DNA from: Chlorokybus atmophyticus
Taxonomy: Eukaryota > Plantae > Mesostigma and Chlorokybus algae
Direction of reading: 5' to 3'
Assembly: GCA_009103225.1 (NCBI GenBank)
Contig: RHPI01001168.1
Span: 604,424-668,423, forward strand
DNA length: 64,000 bases
A program made the position numbers and the translations under genes. The notes below the pieces were generated by a model that made no database searches, had not been told where the DNA came from, and worked only from the letters and a program-made list of their open reading frames with translations. Of the stretch, positions 60,507 through 64,000 are shown in pieces (position 1 is the first letter of the stretch; the number at the start of each line of letters is the position of its first letter).

Positions 60507-61006
60507 GACCACTGCTCCACCTGTGTATTGAGTAGGTCAAACTAGTAGGTCAAACTGCTTGTCAAGCTGTGTACAACCGCAACACTGTTCAACCAGAAAC
60601 CTCAGTTAACTGCCTCAGTTGACTGCAGCTGCTTGGCCATGTGCATGTGCTTCACACATCAAGCAAACCGTACTTTACCTTGCCGAAGCACGTCGTTCAG
60701 CTCCCTGCCAGCTGCTAACATGACTTAGTCCAGCTGAACAGCAAGCTAGCAGGCAAATGCCAGTGCATGCACAAACCTTGCCTGCATGTCTACAAGAAAG
60801 CTGTGCTTTATGGTCATGAGGAATTGAGCATGAAACCGATAGCAGCACAGTGAGACAGACAAGTGTGCCGCTAGCAGCCGCTCACCTACCGCCGTCGTCG
60901 CCGCCGCCAACACCACGAGCAACAAGCACTGCGTAGGGTACTGCCGTGCGTATGGAATCGATTGTGCATTCTGCTCGACACGTCAGCAAATGTGCTTATC
61001 GGACAC

Positions 61007-61189
61007 CAGTCACGACTCACAACTCTGTCTCCGACCTCCCCCAGTCACGACTCACAACTCACGACTCTGTCTCCGACCTACCATAATAAATGCCGCCTGT
61101 CACAAGCACAAAGATGACAATGAATAATGTTGCATTCGTGTACTATAGTGTACCAAATTGCGAATGTACTATAGTGTACCAAATTGCGA
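61007..61189. repeat. Short direct repeats upstream of the TnpA-like gene
   Basis: CAGTCACGACTCACAACTC at 61007 and 61042; TGTACTATAGTGTACCAAATTGCGA at 61139 and 61165. Confidence 0.8.
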
Positions 61190-61390
61190 TAATAAAGAAT
61201 AAATAACTCGAACATCTGTTTAGGCGGAGCTACAACCCGTAGTTGTCAACTACTACTGCCAGTGTGGCTCACGAATTCCACACTAATGTGGATGTTGCGA
61301 GCCCCACTGGTAGTAGTAGTTGACAACTCACCCACAACCATCACAACTGCAGACGCATTTACAAGAAGAATGCAACCATGCAACCTGGAC

Positions 61391-61492
61391 ACCGAGGCCT
61401 TACGCACGAGGCTGCCCCAGCGTTTTGCGCCAACCAACTTGTGCAAGGGCACAGGGAAGGACACCGAGGCCTTACGCACGAGGCTGCCCCAG
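61391..61492 (+). repeat. 72-bp-period array, 2 copies, with 23-bp core GGCCTTACGCACGAGGCTGCCCC
   Basis: ACCGAGGCCTTACGCACGAGGCTGCCCCAGC at 61391 and 61463. Confidence 0.9.
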
Positions 61493-61783
61493 CACATACA
61501 CCAACACATGTCGGGGAATGCAATCTGTGACGGACATCAGCAGACCATGTACACAGCCTAAGTTGTACTCCCACCATTGCATTCTTTGATGCAGTGCTGC
61601 AGACTGATCGCACACATGCATCTACACATACTTACATGCAAGGATATATATACATGGGGCCAAGGGCTTGCTCGCCAATGTCACTGGCCAAGGTCACTGC
61701 TGAACCTGGTACATGGCTCAGACAGCACCACTATGACAGCCTGAACCTGCACAAAACTGTACACGCATTGCATGTGCACAGAG

Positions 61784-62323
61784 TCACTGGGCCTCGGGTA
61801 GCTGCATGGGCCAAGGTCCATCCACGATAGGTATGATCGGCCCTGCGCGCAGCACATCCCCCACAACTGATCCCGATGCAAGGCTCCAGCCAACTGGAGT
61901 CTGATTGACGGTCTCGATGGTGAGACGCACAGCAGTGTAGCCAATGACGCCAACATCGAAGGACGTGAGCAGTGGCATGGGAGCGGGCTCAGGGTCGGGC
62001 ACAGGGTCGGGCGGCGCCGCCGGGCTGGTGGCTCTCTCATGCTGCGATACATTGCACGTCACTGGACCCTTCACAACGGTTCGAATAGCAAAAGGGCCAG
62101 TGTCCTCGTAGCCATGCGTGGATACCGCCCAGTCATCAAGCTTGCACTGCTTGTATCCGTCACCGATGCTAACCTTCCCCAACCAGCGCTGCACCTTCCC
62201 CGGGCGCTTGCCCACCTGGAAAAGTTTGTCAGTCAATTCTGGACTCATGTATGGCAATGGCTGAGGCGTCTTTGAATGCGTCTTGGGACGCTTTGCCAGG
62301 CTTCCGCTCGCGGATGCTTCCAT
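61784..62323 (-). CDS. Hypothetical ~179-aa protein inside the putative transposon
   Basis: ATG (MEASASG) directly after an acceptor-like GCAG|GTC. Open frame with ordinary complexity. An upstream donor GTAAGC near 62984 would place the 72-bp array in a 5'-UTR intron. No family recognised. Confidence 0.4.
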   Translation of the reverse strand: MEASASGSLAKRPKTHSKTPQPLPYMSPELTDKLFQVGKRPGKVQRWLGKVSIGDGYKQCKLDDWAVSTHGYEDTGPFAIRTVVKGPVTCNVSQHERATSPAAPPDPVPDPEPAPMPLLTSFDVGVIGYTAVRLTIETVNQTPVGWSLASGSVVGDVLRAGPIIPIVDGPWPMQLPEAQ

Positions 62324-62579
62324 GACCTGCATGTACATGCACGCAGGTATGACTGAGTTCACGGGCTTGGAATCGAAGGAAACTTACACCACGACAAGCA
62401 ACAACACAAGCCCAAGCCCCCCCCCCCCAAACACCACACACACACACAGACACCAGCACACGCACATATGTGAAGGCAAGCAAGTAAACCATCCAAGCAA
62501 TCGCACCCAAGCGCAGGTGACCACCGCAAAACTACTGAAACTGAAAACCACACGCATAATGCAAGCATGCAACCTGGAC

Positions 62580-62830
62580 ACCGAGGCCTTACGCACGAGG
62601 CTGCCCCAGCGTTTTCCCCCAACCAACTTGTGCAAGGGCGCAGGGAAGGTCACCGAGGCCTTACGCACAAGGCTGCCCCAGCGTTTTCCCCCAACCAACT
62701 TGTGCAAGGGCGCAGGGAAGGTCACCGAGGCCTTACGCACGAGGCTGCCCCAGCGTTTTCCCCCAACCAACTTGTGCATGGGCGCAGGGAAGGTCACCGA
62801 GGCCTTACGCACGAGGCTGCCCCAGCGTTT
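62580..62830 (+). repeat. 72-bp tandem array, 4 copies, same 23-bp core
   Basis: Units start at 62580, 62652, 62724 and 62796. Confidence 0.93.
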
Positions 62831-63616
62831 TGCCCCAACCACGAGAAGTAACAACACAAGCCCAACCCAACCACCCACACACACATGCACACACACACAC
62901 ACACCGGCACACGCACAGATGTTCAGGTAAGCAAACAAACCAAGCAAGCAAGCGCTCCCAAGCGCAGGTGACCATCAGCTGCTTACCGGCGAGGGCGGCG
63001 GCACGGGACTTCCTCAACAAAGACTAGCACCGGCGGCGGCACGGGACTTCCCCACAAGAACATGGGCGCTCTATCATGGCTAGCCATGGCTATGGCGGCG
63101 TGGGTGACAGCGACATGATACCCATCAGGGCTACTTGTCAACTCAGGCTTGTCAGACTCACCGCCACAATCAGCAGAAATTGCAGCCTATTTGCACCGAG
63201 TTGAGCAAACAGCCGTTTGGCCATTCAATGACCCTTGCCCAGTACAGCGCCGCCTGACGCGCGGTACAGGGTTGCTTCAATGACTAGTGCACGGTTGTAG
63301 GGTTTGGAGTTGAGCACCTGCAGTAGGGCAGCATTTCTTGCGTGACGTGGTCTGAGGCGGCGGTTGTGGCGGCGGTGGCGGCGGCCGGTGGTGGCGGCGG
63401 TGTGAGCGGGAGGCGGCGTGGTTGCTGTGCTGGTGTACTGCAAGCCTTTTCGCATCGGTGCTCCAACCGCTTTGTGTAGATCTCTTGCAGCTTCATAGGC
63501 AGCTTGGTAGGGTTTGAAGAATTCGCAAGCCAGGTGTAGTGCATGCCGCGCTCCTCTTTGTTTGCGCTTGTTTTGCTGACCGCTCTCAAGGCCCATTCTT
63601 GCTCATGCTGATCGTA

Positions 63617-63960
63617 GGGGGCAGCCTCGTGCGTAAGGCCCCTGCATGCTCAGGCTATGTTGCAGCAAATTTTGTCTTGCATGTCGTCGTTTTTACGCCT
63701 CTGTTCATGCTAACCTCATGGGGCAGCCTCGTGCGTAAGGCCCCTACATGCTCATGCTGACCTCACGGGGCAGCCTCGTGCGTAAGGCCCCTGCATGCTC
63801 ATGCTGACGTCATGGGGCAGCCTCGTGCGTAAGGCCCCTGCATGCTCATGCTGACCTCAAGCTAACCTTGTCTTGCATGTCGTCAATCCACGCCTCTGTT
63901 CATGCTGACCTCATTGGGCAGCCTCGTGCGTAAGGCCCCTGCATGCTCATGCTGACCTCA
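63617..63960 (-). repeat. 47-bp-unit array, 5 copies, same 23-bp core in reverse orientation
   Basis: GGGGCAGCCTCGTGCGTAAGGCCCCT(G/A)CATGCTCA at about 63617, 63720, 63767, 63814 and 63916. Confidence 0.92.
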
Positions 63961-64000
63961 AGCAAACCTTGTCTTGCATGTTGTCAATTCACGCCTCTGT

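Larger units (their letters stand above)
56960..64000 (-). mobile_element. Probable CACTA/EnSpm-like (CMC superfamily) DNA transposon inserted into the copia element; right end outside the window
   Basis: The copia sequence stops at CACCGGTAATTC.. (CAC terminus, as in the CMC superfamily). An AT-rich subterminal region with repeats (56995-57540) follows, then a spliced TnpA-like gene. No matching right TIR is visible. Confidence 0.55.

Noticed and set aside
62283-62947. ORFs with TEALRTRLPQRFPP repeats on both strands
   Set aside because: They are open only because the 72-bp unit lacks stops, and the region more likely lies in an intron.
61391-63960. CRISPR array interpretation of the 72-bp and 47-bp repeats
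   Set aside because: The intervening sequences are near-identical rather than unique spacers, the context is eukaryotic, and no cas genes are present.

Overview
Eukaryotic, intron-rich nuclear DNA with a green-lineage gene set. A plant-type initiator tRNA-Met and an AKT1-like channel point to a green alga, possibly an early-diverging streptophyte (inference). In order, the window holds: an aldehyde-oxidase-type molybdo-flavoenzyme (+), a RING-H2 protein (-), an F-box gene interrupted by a 623-bp copy of the oxidase exon (probably an assembly artefact), a kinesin-4-like motor (-), tRNA-iMet, a plastid-targeted UbiA prenyltransferase (-), a 505-bp miniature LTR element, a 365-N gap, MGDG synthase (-), a DUF760 plastid protein (+), PTRHD1 (-), a small thylakoid-type protein (+), XPG/UVH3 (-), a long coiled-coil protein with HMMR/RHAMM-like ends (+), a Shaker/AKT1-like K+ channel (-), and the 3' half of a Ty1/copia element cut at 56960 by a probable CACTA/EnSpm-like transposon that runs off the window. 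The strongest hunt candidates are: (1) the miniature LTR element, whose tRNA-type Pol III promoter is split between the LTR (A box) and the interior (B box); (2) an HMMR-like gene with G2/M-type promoter motifs; (3) a 23-bp motif reused in two different tandem arrays of opposite orientation inside the transposon. No searches were run; family assignments rest on motifs I recognise and on hand-traced splice phases.
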